From contig JAKASW010000001.1 in assembly GCA_021818875.1 (NCBI GenBank), positions 1 to 53,782 on the forward strand: a stretch of DNA of 53,782 nucleotides, given 5' to 3'. The position numbers and the translations under genes are program-made. The notes under the pieces were generated by a model, which saw only the letters and a program-made list of their open reading frames with translations, ran no database searches and had not been told where the DNA came from. Source of the stretch: Bacteroidota bacterium. GTDB taxonomy: Bacteria; Bacteroidota; Ignavibacteria; Kryptoniales; JAKASW01. This document shows positions 39,206 through 47,734 of this stretch, one piece after another. Numbering within the stretch: the first letter of the stretch is position 1; every line of letters starts with the position of its first letter.

Positions 39206-40813
39206 GTGACACCCGGATCATTGAAGTTTCAAGGACAACAGACCGTGGCGATTCGTCTAATGCTTTTTGCAGTGCTTCTCGTCCCTTCAGAATCTTTTTG
39301 CCAATTAGCACTCGGTAGAAGCAAATTCCTTGGGAACGCAGTTACCTGGGGCTATCGCATACCGTCGAGCTATCCTGCATATTGGAATCAGGTCACTCCT
39401 GGAAATGACGGGAAATGGGGGAGCGTCGAAAACAACCGGGGTGTCTTCAACTGGACGGGGCTCGACGATCTGTACAACTTCGCGGTGACAAACGGTATTC
39501 CATTTAAGGATCACAATCTGATCTGGGGTCAGCAGCAGCCGAGCTGGATTTCTACTCTTGATTCAGCCAGTCAGAGAGCGGCAATCAAAGCGTGGATCGA
39601 TTCCGTAGGACACCGGTATCCGCAGATGGATTTTATCGACGTCGTCAACGAGCCTCTGCATGCTCCACCTGACGGTAGAAACGGGACTGCGAACTACATT
39701 CGCGCACTCGGTGGATCCGGAGCGACAGGTTGGGATTGGATCGTCACTGTCTTCACATGGGCAAGACATGCCTGCGCACCGGGAGTAAAGCTTCTTATCA
39801 ACGACTACAACATCCTGCATGACAATGGAGTTACGAACACTTATATCGCCCTCATCGATACTTTGAAGGTCAGGGGACTGATCGATGGAATCGGGATCCA
39901 GGGACACTATTTTGAATTCAAGAGTGCTGCGGGTTTGTCCCCTGTCTATTCTTATCCGGTGAGCACCCTGAAATCCAATCTTGATAGACTGGCCTCGGCC
40001 ACAGGATTGCCAATCTATATTTCTGAGTTTGAAATAGACGAAGCCAAGGACAGCACCCAATTGGTGAATTACAAGACGTACTTTTCTCTTTTCTGGGAAG
40101 ACCCTGCAGTGAAGGGCATGACGTTGTGGGGTTACATCCAGGGCGATACGTGGAAAGCAAACGGTTACCTGCTTCGTACAGACGGGACCGAACGACCGGC
40201 ACTTCAATGGCTGCGTACCTATCTCGCCAAGTACTTGCTCCAGCCCGTAGTGGTTTCGCCGGCCGGCACAACAGGCAGTCCGCGCAATCCTGTTCTCCTA
40301 TGGCATTCCTCAATTGCTGCATCGTCCTACCACTTGCAGGTTGGGACTGACGAATTGGTCTCGACAGTAGTCCTAGACTCCACCGTGTCGGATACCCTGC
40401 TGCAACTACCGAGTTTAAGTGCGAACACGCGATACTACTGGCACGTTGCTGCATTGAACCCCAGCGACACCGGCGACTTTTCTGCTCCCGTGAGTTTTAC
40501 TACCGGGGATTCGATTGCTGCGGATGTAAATGAGCACGAAGAAATGCCTGCAGAATTTAGGCTATGGCAGAATTATCCGAATCCATTCAATCCAATGAGT
40601 AATATCGAATTTCAAATTCCGAATACCGGATTTGTGTCGTTGAAAGTATATGATGCATTGGGTAGGGAAGTAAAGACGTTGGTAAATGGATCTGAACAGG
40701 CGGGAAGTCATCAAGTCACATTCGACGCGACCGCGTTTCCGAGCGGGGTCTATTTCTATCGGCTCAGCACTGGAAACATGACTGCCATAATGAAGATGAT
40801 TGTACTCAAGTAA
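39206..40813 (+). CDS. GH10 endo-1,4-beta-xylanase (third copy) with Fn3-like module and T9SS CTD
   Basis: From ORF 39110. The best start is GTG 39206, 5 nt after TAAGGAGA, which gives a hydrophobic signal ...AIRLMLFAVLLVPSESFCQ. GH10 motifs: FLGNAV, YWNQVTPGNDGKWG, VVNEPLH and YISEFEI. The Fn3-like module contains NTRYYWHVAALN. The tail is QNYPNPFNPMSNI...VYFYRLSTG...MKMIVLK. Confidence 0.88.
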   Translation: MTPGSLKFQGQQTVAIRLMLFAVLLVPSESFCQLALGRSKFLGNAVTWGYRIPSSYPAYWNQVTPGNDGKWGSVENNRGVFNWTGLDDLYNFAVTNGIPFKDHNLIWGQQQPSWISTLDSASQRAAIKAWIDSVGHRYPQMDFIDVVNEPLHAPPDGRNGTANYIRALGGSGATGWDWIVTVFTWARHACAPGVKLLINDYNILHDNGVTNTYIALIDTLKVRGLIDGIGIQGHYFEFKSAAGLSPVYSYPVSTLKSNLDRLASATGLPIYISEFEIDEAKDSTQLVNYKTYFSLFWEDPAVKGMTLWGYIQGDTWKANGYLLRTDGTERPALQWLRTYLAKYLLQPVVVSPAGTTGSPRNPVLLWHSSIAASSYHLQVGTDELVSTVVLDSTVSDTLLQLPSLSANTRYYWHVAALNPSDTGDFSAPVSFTTGDSIAADVNEHEEMPAEFRLWQNYPNPFNPMSNIEFQIPNTGFVSLKVYDALGREVKTLVNGSEQAGSHQVTFDATAFPSGVYFYRLSTGNMTAIMKMIVLK

Positions 40814-40834
40814 TCGTTCTCCTACTTGGTTCAT

Positions 40835-40878
40835 CCCGACCCGGCCATCGTGTGTCGGGTCGGGGTGTTTTGTTTTTG
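40835..40878 (+). terminator. Rho-independent terminator
   Basis: A perfect 9-bp stem pairs CCCGACCCG (40835..40843) with CGGGTCGGG (40856..40864). It is followed by GTGTTTTGTTTTTGT. Confidence 0.7.
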
Positions 40879-41004
40879 TCAAAGCCAAGTTGAACATCGT
40901 TGTCAGGGGAAGGTAAGAGGTTGGAGGGTTTCTTCAGAGCTATGAGGAGAATGTTGTTGTTGAAGAGGCCACAAGCTGAAGTCATATACATCACGAGGAA
41001 TCAT

Positions 41005-42222
41005 ATGAAATACTTTTCAATGGTGCTGAGCCTTGTGATAGCGATATCTGGTTGCTCCAGAAAAAGTATTGTTACGGCTCCGCCCGATACGAATGGTTCG
41101 ACGACGATCTATCTGGATAACACCCAACAAATCATCAGAGGCTTTGGCGCTGCCAACATTGTCGGCTGGCGGCCGGATATGACACCCTCAGAAATACAGA
41201 CGGCCTTTGGAACTGGTCCGGGCGAGCTCGGCTTTTCGATAATGCGCCTTCGAATTCCACCCGACTCGACTCAGTTCGCTATCAACTTCCCCTCTGCAAA
41301 AGCGGCCTCCGCGATGGGAGTGACCATCATCGCAACTCCGTGGACGCCTCCCCGTTGGATGAAAAGCAACAAGAGTAATATTGGAGGAATACTTAACGCA
41401 TCTTCCTACGCCGCGTACGCCGGCTTTCTGAAATCGTTTGCCGACACAATGTTCAACAACGGAGCGCCTTTGTATGCCATTTCTGTTCAGAACGAACCTG
41501 ATGCCAACGTAACTTACGAGTCATGTTCCTGGTCGCCCGCGGGTTTTTTCAACTTTATGAAGAATAACGCTCCTTCTGTCGGCGTCCCTGTCTTTTTGCC
41601 GGAGTCTATGAGATTCGATCACGCATATTCAGACTCCGCTCTGAGCGATCCAGCCGTTGCCGCAAACGTAGCGTTTATCGGCGGCCATATCTACGGCACC
41701 AGTCCCTCCCTATATCCGCGCGCCATTGCCATGGGTAAGGAGGTGTGGATGACGGAGTACCTTGACCTGGATACGAGCTGGGCCGCTGTCGTGGGGACAG
41801 CTAAGAGCACCAACGATTGTATGAACGTCCAGATGAGCGCATACCTATGGTGGTACATCGTCCGCTATTATGGTCCAATTGGCGAGGACGGCGTCGTCAC
41901 GAAAAGAGGCTATGTCATGTCTCAGTTTGCCAGGTTCATTCGCCCCGGGTTCCATCGCGTCTCCACTTCGGCACAATCTCAAGCGAACATTTGCGTGACT
42001 GCTTACAAAAACGGATCGAAAGTGGTCATTGTTGCGCTGAATACCGGCTCATCGTCGGTTAATCAGAGATTTGTCATCCCGAATTCAGCAGTCGTTTCGT
42101 TCACAGATTACGTCACATCGGTTGATAAGAACTGTACACAAGGAACGACTGTCCAGGTTAACGGCGGAATCTTCATTGCGACTTTGGCCCCATCGAGCGT
42201 GACTACATTTGTCTCAAATTAG
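41005..42222 (+). CDS. GH30 subfamily-8-like glucuronoxylanase, lipoprotein (second copy)
   Basis: From ORF 40900. The likely start is ATG 41005, which gives the lipobox MKYFSMVLSLVIAISGCS. GH30 motifs: IRGFGAAN, ATPWTPPRWMK, SVQNEPD and WMTEY. WWYIVRYYGPIGEDGVVTKRGY closely resembles the uronate-recognising WWYIRRSYGP loop of XynC-type enzymes. Confidence 0.85.
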   Translation: MKYFSMVLSLVIAISGCSRKSIVTAPPDTNGSTTIYLDNTQQIIRGFGAANIVGWRPDMTPSEIQTAFGTGPGELGFSIMRLRIPPDSTQFAINFPSAKAASAMGVTIIATPWTPPRWMKSNKSNIGGILNASSYAAYAGFLKSFADTMFNNGAPLYAISVQNEPDANVTYESCSWSPAGFFNFMKNNAPSVGVPVFLPESMRFDHAYSDSALSDPAVAANVAFIGGHIYGTSPSLYPRAIAMGKEVWMTEYLDLDTSWAAVVGTAKSTNDCMNVQMSAYLWWYIVRYYGPIGEDGVVTKRGYVMSQFARFIRPGFHRVSTSAQSQANICVTAYKNGSKVVIVALNTGSSSVNQRFVIPNSAVVSFTDYVTSVDKNCTQGTTVQVNGGIFIATLAPSSVTTFVSN

Positions 42223-42267
42223 GATGAACTGTTCTTTGAAAAAGACAATAAACTGGTGGCATAAAAG

Positions 42268-44139
42268 ATGAAAAATCCTTTTCGGTTTTCTGTAGTGATG
42301 GCTGTCTTCTATATTTTCCTCGGCTTCAAAACGGCCCCTGCCCAGCCTTCGGGCGGCCCATACGGTCCAGTCAGACAAACTTACCAATTGCCCAAAGTCG
42401 CCGGCTCGATATATTACGTCGCTGTCGATGGTGACTCAACACAATCGGGTGAATCATTTAGTAGACCCACAACTATAGAAGCCGCAGTGGAAAGAGTGAA
42501 GACAGGCGATGCCATCGTAATGCGCGGCGGGACGTACCGAACCGGAAATCTTGTGTTGAATCAAGGGATTACAATTCAGCCGTATGGTGATGAGCATCCC
42601 GTACTCAAGGGGACTCTTGTCGTATCGATTTGGCGGAACCTTGGAAACGGACTGTGGGTCACAAAGTGGAACCACCTTTTCCCGCAAGAGCCCGCGGACT
42701 GGTGGCAGCGCGATGTGTTTGGAAAGCAAACACCGCTATGCCGTTTCAACAATGATATGGTATTTGTTGACGGTAAGTTTCTTCAGTCGGTGATGTGGGA
42801 AGGCGAGGTTGACAGCAGCTCGTATTACATCGATTACGATGACAGCCTTATCTACATCGGTAGCGACCCGACAAATCATCTGGTTGAAATCACCGCTTTC
42901 GATGCAGCGTTGATCAGGACTACACGCGAGTGCCACGGCAAGAAGTCTGACCACGAAGGATATAGCATCCGCGGCATCACATTCACACAATACGCTTACC
43001 GTGCGCTTGAGGTTGAAGGCACCGAGCCGGAAGGTGTTGCTGACGAATCGAAATTTGGGAAAGATGTCGTAGGTACGACACTGGATAATTGTACAATCTC
43101 GTTTTGCTCGCGCGTCGCCGCATATTTGCGCGGAGACAGTCTCACGATCCGTCACTGCAAAATCAGCGACACGAGCACCGAAGGAATCTACACCATTGCT
43201 TCGAATGACGTATTGCTCGATGGCAATATGTTCATGCGGAACAACATCGAAAACATCGGCGGGTGCTATCCTGCCGCAGTGAAGATATTCAATCAGAGTC
43301 ATAGGGTAATATGCCGTGACAACCTGATAACCGATCTTCCGAATTCGAACGGTGTGTGGTACGATGTTGGCGAGGCGGATGGAGTGTTCGTCAATAACTG
43401 GGTGCAGAACGTGGGTCATGTCGGGAAAACGACTCCGACCGACCAGCTCTGGCCGAGCGATAATGGCTTCTTCTTCGAGATATCAAAGGGAGTCATAGTT
43501 GCAGGAAATGTCTTCGTCAACTGCGACCACGGCATGATGATTCTCAACAGCTCAAATGCACAAATTTATCACAATACTTTTGTGAACAGCATGGCATGTA
43601 TCGGGCGGAATGGACGAACGGCGGCCGGGGATCGGTTCGGTTGGCACTCAACCACCGGACCCGATCTTGAAAAACGCGAGGGTCATGCCTTCGTCGACAA
43701 TCTACTTTTCGGAGCTGCGGACTTTATTAGACCGCTTTTCTTTGTCTGGCAACCCGGTTCGCTGTGTGGGAAGCTGAACGATTCGCAACTGGCTCAGCTC
43801 AATTACAACGTCTACGTCCGGGAGGCAGCAGACTCGCCGTATCCGATGATTCTCTGGAGTCCTGTGAAGAATGAGAAGTGCCAGATTGGCGTTGATTCGC
43901 TGGAGAGTCTGCGAGCGCTCTACCCGGGATTCGAGACCGGCGGTGAATGCTATTCCCACTATGACAAACCCGTCTTCAAGAGTTTGGAGCTGGGTAACTT
44001 TCAACTGCTGCCTGAGTTTGACGGCGCAAGACTCGGGATCACACCTCCAATAGAAATCCGAAGGATCATCGGCCGTCCCGATCCGGAGAAACAATATGTC
44101 GGTGCCTATCCGTCAGTCATGCGACTGCAGAAGCCTTAA
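42268..44139 (+). CDS. Secreted right-handed parallel beta-helix repeat protein, unknown function (candidate novel glycan-active enzyme)
   Basis: Signal peptide MKNPFRFSVVMAVFYIFLGFKTAPAQ. The N-terminal IYYVAVDGDSTQSGESFSRPTTIEAAVERVKTGDAIVMRGGTY is typical of pectate-lyase-fold proteins. PbH1-like turns are present: LDNCTISFCSRVAAY, IRHCKISDTSTEGIY, LDGNMFMRNNI and VAGNVFVNCDHGMMI. It has no CTD and no lipobox. Confidence 0.6.
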   Translation: MKNPFRFSVVMAVFYIFLGFKTAPAQPSGGPYGPVRQTYQLPKVAGSIYYVAVDGDSTQSGESFSRPTTIEAAVERVKTGDAIVMRGGTYRTGNLVLNQGITIQPYGDEHPVLKGTLVVSIWRNLGNGLWVTKWNHLFPQEPADWWQRDVFGKQTPLCRFNNDMVFVDGKFLQSVMWEGEVDSSSYYIDYDDSLIYIGSDPTNHLVEITAFDAALIRTTRECHGKKSDHEGYSIRGITFTQYAYRALEVEGTEPEGVADESKFGKDVVGTTLDNCTISFCSRVAAYLRGDSLTIRHCKISDTSTEGIYTIASNDVLLDGNMFMRNNIENIGGCYPAAVKIFNQSHRVICRDNLITDLPNSNGVWYDVGEADGVFVNNWVQNVGHVGKTTPTDQLWPSDNGFFFEISKGVIVAGNVFVNCDHGMMILNSSNAQIYHNTFVNSMACIGRNGRTAAGDRFGWHSTTGPDLEKREGHAFVDNLLFGAADFIRPLFFVWQPGSLCGKLNDSQLAQLNYNVYVREAADSPYPMILWSPVKNEKCQIGVDSLESLRALYPGFETGGECYSHYDKPVFKSLELGNFQLLPEFDGARLGITPPIEIRRIIGRPDPEKQYVGAYPSVMRLQKP

Positions 44140-44302
44140 CTTCTTTGATCCGCTAAAAGAGACAGGGATTGCAAGACCAGGATAACATTGATTCGGCGGT
44201 GGTCAGGACTTAACTTTGCTTAAGAAAAGGAAAGGGGCCGGGAAGCCGGCTCTCTGAAACCGAAATCTTTCACGTCAAGCACAAAACGTAGAGGCACCCA
44301 CA

Positions 44303-44971
44303 GTGAATGAAATTGTTGAGCAGATTGGAGTATGCATAGAACGTGGTAAAGTGAACCAATCTTCTCCCTATCCGAATGATATGAAAGGTCAGGTCGGAGC
44401 AGATGAGCTTGCGAAAGAGGCTCTTGGCGCAGGGGTCGGTCCCGATGAAATACTGTCGGCCTGCAATGACGGCATGAAGCGTATCGGTGAGAGGTTCAGC
44501 CGCAGCGAGGTGTTTGTCCCGGAGCTTCTGATGGCGGCCAAAGCGATGAACGCTGTCATGGCACACCTCAAGCCCTACTTTCAAACCGGAGCGGTCAAGG
44601 CCAAGGGGAAGTTGGTGATCGGGACTGTTGCCGGGGACCTCCATGACATCGGCAAAAACCTTGTTGCCATGGTTGTCGAAGGCAACGGGTGGGAAGTCGT
44701 TGATCTTGGAGTCGATGTAAAGGCGCAGAAGTTCATCGATGCTATCAACAAGAATCCGGGCTGCGTCGTCGGCTTGAGTGCCCTTCTCACTACGACAATG
44801 GCCAACATGATGAAGATAGTAAAGGACATCAAATCGCAGCTACCCTCGACACGGGTGATTGTCGGAGGCGCTCCGCTGACGCAGAAGGCGGCCGACGAAA
44901 TGGGTGCGGATGGCTACGCGCCGAATCCACAGGGCGCGGTCGCATTTTTGAACTCGGCAGGTCAAGTATGA
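44303..44971 (+). CDS. Corrinoid (cobalamin-binding) protein, MtaC/MtbC/MetH-B12-domain type
   Basis: GTG start. The N-terminal helical cap (B12-binding_2-like) is followed by a Rossmann domain. That domain carries the canonical DxHxxG motif in GTVAGDLHDIGKNLV, then GLSALLTTTM and VIVGGAPL. Confidence 0.9.
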   Translation: MNEIVEQIGVCIERGKVNQSSPYPNDMKGQVGADELAKEALGAGVGPDEILSACNDGMKRIGERFSRSEVFVPELLMAAKAMNAVMAHLKPYFQTGAVKAKGKLVIGTVAGDLHDIGKNLVAMVVEGNGWEVVDLGVDVKAQKFIDAINKNPGCVVGLSALLTTTMANMMKIVKDIKSQLPSTRVIVGGAPLTQKAADEMGADGYAPNPQGAVAFLNSAGQV

Positions 44972-45852
44972 GACTTCTGACTGACGCTTTGAAAGAAGGG
45001 AAAGTGTTGGTTTCCGATGGGGCGTGGGGGACCATGTTGCAAGGGCGGGGTCTTGAGCCGGGAGACTGCCCCGAGCTGTGGAATGTCACTCATCGTGACG
45101 ACGTCTTCGCCATTGCCAGAGCTTATGTCGATGCCGGGGCGGACATGGTACTCACGAACAGCTTCGGGGGATCGCCGATTAAGCTTTCTCACTATAACTT
45201 GCAGGATCGTGCCGCAGAGCTTAACGAAGCCGCAGCCAGAATTTCGCGGGAAGCGGCAGGAGCCGCTCATTTTGTGCTCGGTTCCATTGGCCCCACAGGT
45301 GAAATACTTATGACGGCACAGGTAACACAAGAAAGCGTCTATGATGACTTCAGACTACAGGCGGAGGCCCTGAAGCGCGGCGGAGTAGATGCGATCGTCG
45401 TCGAGACGATGTCTGCGATCGATGAAGCGGTGCTTGCGATTCGCGCTGCTAAGGAGTCGACGGGACTTGAAGTTGTCTGCACATTCACATTTGACAGGTC
45501 GCCCAACGGTGAGTATCGGACTATGATGGGCGTTTCACCTGAAGAGATGGTTCGTGCAGTCAAGGGGGCGGGCGCTTCGATTATCGGCGCAAACTGCGGC
45601 AACGGCTTCGACCAGATGGTAGAAGTCGTCAAAGAAATCCGCCGTGCCGATCCGGCAACTCCGATTTTGGTCCATGCCAATGCCGGGTTGCCTGTTCTGA
45701 AAGATGGCAGGACAATTTATCTCGAAACACCAGCAGACATCATTCCAAAAGTACGTGAGCTTGCGGACTGTGGAGCAAACATTATCGGTGGGTGTTGTGG
45801 AACGACGCCTGAACATATCCGTGTGATCGCAGAGGAATTGAAGAGATATTGA
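44968..45852 (+). CDS. Homocysteine S-methyltransferase-domain protein (MetH Hcy-binding module as a standalone protein)
   Basis: The ATG overlaps the upstream stop (ATGA at 44968..44971). Motifs: VSDGAWGTMLQ, AGADMVLTNSFG and VVETM. The Zn-Cys motifs are IGANCGNG and IIGGCCGTTPEHI. Confidence 0.85.
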   Translation: MRLLTDALKEGKVLVSDGAWGTMLQGRGLEPGDCPELWNVTHRDDVFAIARAYVDAGADMVLTNSFGGSPIKLSHYNLQDRAAELNEAAARISREAAGAAHFVLGSIGPTGEILMTAQVTQESVYDDFRLQAEALKRGGVDAIVVETMSAIDEAVLAIRAAKESTGLEVVCTFTFDRSPNGEYRTMMGVSPEEMVRAVKGAGASIIGANCGNGFDQMVEVVKEIRRADPATPILVHANAGLPVLKDGRTIYLETPADIIPKVRELADCGANIIGGCCGTTPEHIRVIAEELKRY

Positions 45853-46613
45853 ATCTGCTCGAAACTGCGATCGAGGGCAACGTTTTTGAAGTTCACATCA
45901 AGTACGATGACCTTCGAATTTCCCGCCGCGAAGTTGAACTCACTCTCGGTTACATGGATGCCGAGATTCCGCCGCATTTTTCGGGGATGATCGACGATGC
46001 TCTCCTGGAGCTGAAGGGTCGCTGTGAAATAAAGGCAGGGTATAGACTCACCGAAGTTGCTCGCCCCCCCGGTCGTTACGACGGACTCCTTGTCGGCGGA
46101 AATTTTCTCAGGATGGACAAGATAGTCACGAGCCAACTCAAGAAATCTGAGAGAGCAGCGGTATTCGTGTGCACGATCGGTTCATCGATGGAAACCTGGG
46201 CCAGAGGATTGATGAAAGATGGTGATCCTGCGATGGGGTACATTGCAGACACGACTGCTTCCGTTGCAGCCGAGGCGGTGACGAATCTTTTACACGATCA
46301 TATCGGGGAGCGGATGTTGTCTCAAGGAATGAGGATTACAAACAGGTACAGTCCGGGCTACTGTAACTGGTCCGTGTCGGAGCAGCATCTTCTTTTCTCT
46401 CTACTGCCGAAAGATTTCTGCGGGGTGACCCTCTCGGAGTCTGCTCTGATGTCGCCGATCAAGTCGGTCAGCGGTGTCATCGGAGTCGGCACTCTTGTCC
46501 GGAGAAAGGATTACATTTGCGATAGGTGCGGCGTCAAAGATTGCACATACAGATCAAAAAGACCAGCGGCAACAAATCAAAAGACGAGCCACATAGAAAC
46601 ATCGGGCACATAG
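45849..46613 (+). CDS. Methionine-synthase (MetH) activation/reactivation-domain-like protein
   Basis: The TTG start overlaps the upstream stop (TTGA at 45849..45852). RYSPGYCNWSVSEQHLLFSLL...LSESALMSPIKSVSGVIGVG parallels the MetH AdoMet-binding domain consensus (PGY...W...Q..LF.LL ... M.P..SVSG). Confidence 0.7.
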   Translation: MNLLETAIEGNVFEVHIKYDDLRISRREVELTLGYMDAEIPPHFSGMIDDALLELKGRCEIKAGYRLTEVARPPGRYDGLLVGGNFLRMDKIVTSQLKKSERAAVFVCTIGSSMETWARGLMKDGDPAMGYIADTTASVAAEAVTNLLHDHIGERMLSQGMRITNRYSPGYCNWSVSEQHLLFSLLPKDFCGVTLSESALMSPIKSVSGVIGVGTLVRRKDYICDRCGVKDCTYRSKRPAATNQKTSHIETSGT

Positions 46614-46666
46614 TCAACTGCCACTGTGTGCCCTGATGCATCTATTTGGTTGAAAGGCCTTGCAGC

Positions 46667-47695
46667 ATGACAGACCATCAATGGGATTTATTGAAAAAGA
46701 CAATCAAGGGTGAAGTCTCCGATCCTCTTCCAATTGCTTTCATTATCGACAGTCCGTGGCTGCCGAACTGGTATGGCGTCAAGATCCTGGACTATTTCTC
46801 CAGCGATGAGTTATGGCTGAAAGCTAATCTGAAGGCGATCACAGATTTTCCGGATGTCATGTTCCTGCCGGGATTCTGGTCGGAGTTTGGAATGTGCACT
46901 GAGCCTTCGGCATTTGGAGCCCGCGGTACGTTCCCACCCAACGAGTTTCCGTTCGCTCACAAAGTGATTCGCTCGGCAGATGATGTTGACGAGTTACCGA
47001 CGCCCGATCCGAGGATTGATGGTCTGCTGCCGTTTATGTTAAACCGGCTGAAGCTTGCTCAGCCGAAAATCGAGGCGGCAGGCCATAAGATTCGATTCGC
47101 TGTTGCGCGCGGGCCGCTCAATATTGCCAGCTACCTGATGGGCTCGACGGAATTCCTGACAATGATGATGATGCAGCCGGACAAAGCCGAATTGCTGATC
47201 AGGAAAATTACCGATTACCTAAAAGAGTGGCTCCATCTCCAGATGGAGACTTTTCCTACGATCGATGGTATCTTTCTTCTCGACGATATAATCGGCTTCA
47301 TGGGTGCCGAGCAATTTCGTCAATTCGGTCTCCCGTATTTTAAGGAGCTGTTCGACGCGAACGTTTCGGTGAGGTTTCTTCATAATGATGCACCTTGTCG
47401 CGAATCTGCCCCTTTCCTTCCTGAGATGGGAGTCAACCTGTTCAACATGGGCTTTGAGGTGTCATTGAATGAGTTGAGGCAGTTGACGCGAAACAAAGTC
47501 GCACTGGTGGGAAATCTTCCGCCACGTGATGTGCTTGCGAGCGGAACTCCGGAAGTCGTTGCCGCAAAGACACGCGAACTTGTCGGATCTCTTAAAGATA
47601 AGTCCATGGTGATAATGTCATGCGGTGGAGGTATGCCGCCGGGAGTAAGCACCGAGAACATAAAATCATTCTTGGAAGCCGTCAGGAAACATTGA
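46667..47695 (+). CDS. URO-D (uroporphyrinogen decarboxylase) superfamily methyltransferase, MtaA/CmuA/O-demethylase-MT-like, copy 1
   Basis: From ORF 46646 (TTG); the first ATG is at 46667. The length is about 340 aa and the layout is URO-D-like (P..W..RQAGR-type N-terminus replaced by PIAFIIDSPWLPNWYG; GIFLLDD; MSCGGGMPPG). It lacks the H-x-C zinc motif (LHNDAPC instead). Assignment rests on fold-level resemblance and context. Confidence 0.6.
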   Translation: MTDHQWDLLKKTIKGEVSDPLPIAFIIDSPWLPNWYGVKILDYFSSDELWLKANLKAITDFPDVMFLPGFWSEFGMCTEPSAFGARGTFPPNEFPFAHKVIRSADDVDELPTPDPRIDGLLPFMLNRLKLAQPKIEAAGHKIRFAVARGPLNIASYLMGSTEFLTMMMMQPDKAELLIRKITDYLKEWLHLQMETFPTIDGIFLLDDIIGFMGAEQFRQFGLPYFKELFDANVSVRFLHNDAPCRESAPFLPEMGVNLFNMGFEVSLNELRQLTRNKVALVGNLPPRDVLASGTPEVVAAKTRELVGSLKDKSMVIMSCGGGMPPGVSTENIKSFLEAVRKH

Positions 47696-47734
47696 TCTCT
47701 AAAGTGAAAATTATATGGGAACATTCGGTTCTCC

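Noticed and set aside
39563-40207. 214-aa minus-strand ORF (and 39918..40454, 178 aa)
   Set aside because: Both lie antisense inside the third GH10 gene and have no family features.
42736-43419. 227-aa minus-strand ORF
   Set aside because: It lies antisense within the beta-helix protein gene. It has no recognisable motifs and no RBS context, so it is a shadow ORF.
44303-46613. Simple housekeeping split methionine synthase
   Set aside because: This was considered, because the B12, Hcy and reactivation modules are all MetH-like. However, the methyl-THF (pterin-binding) module is absent. Two URO-D methyltransferases and an anion transporter are co-transcribed instead, inside a xylan locus. The possibility is not fully excluded (see findings).
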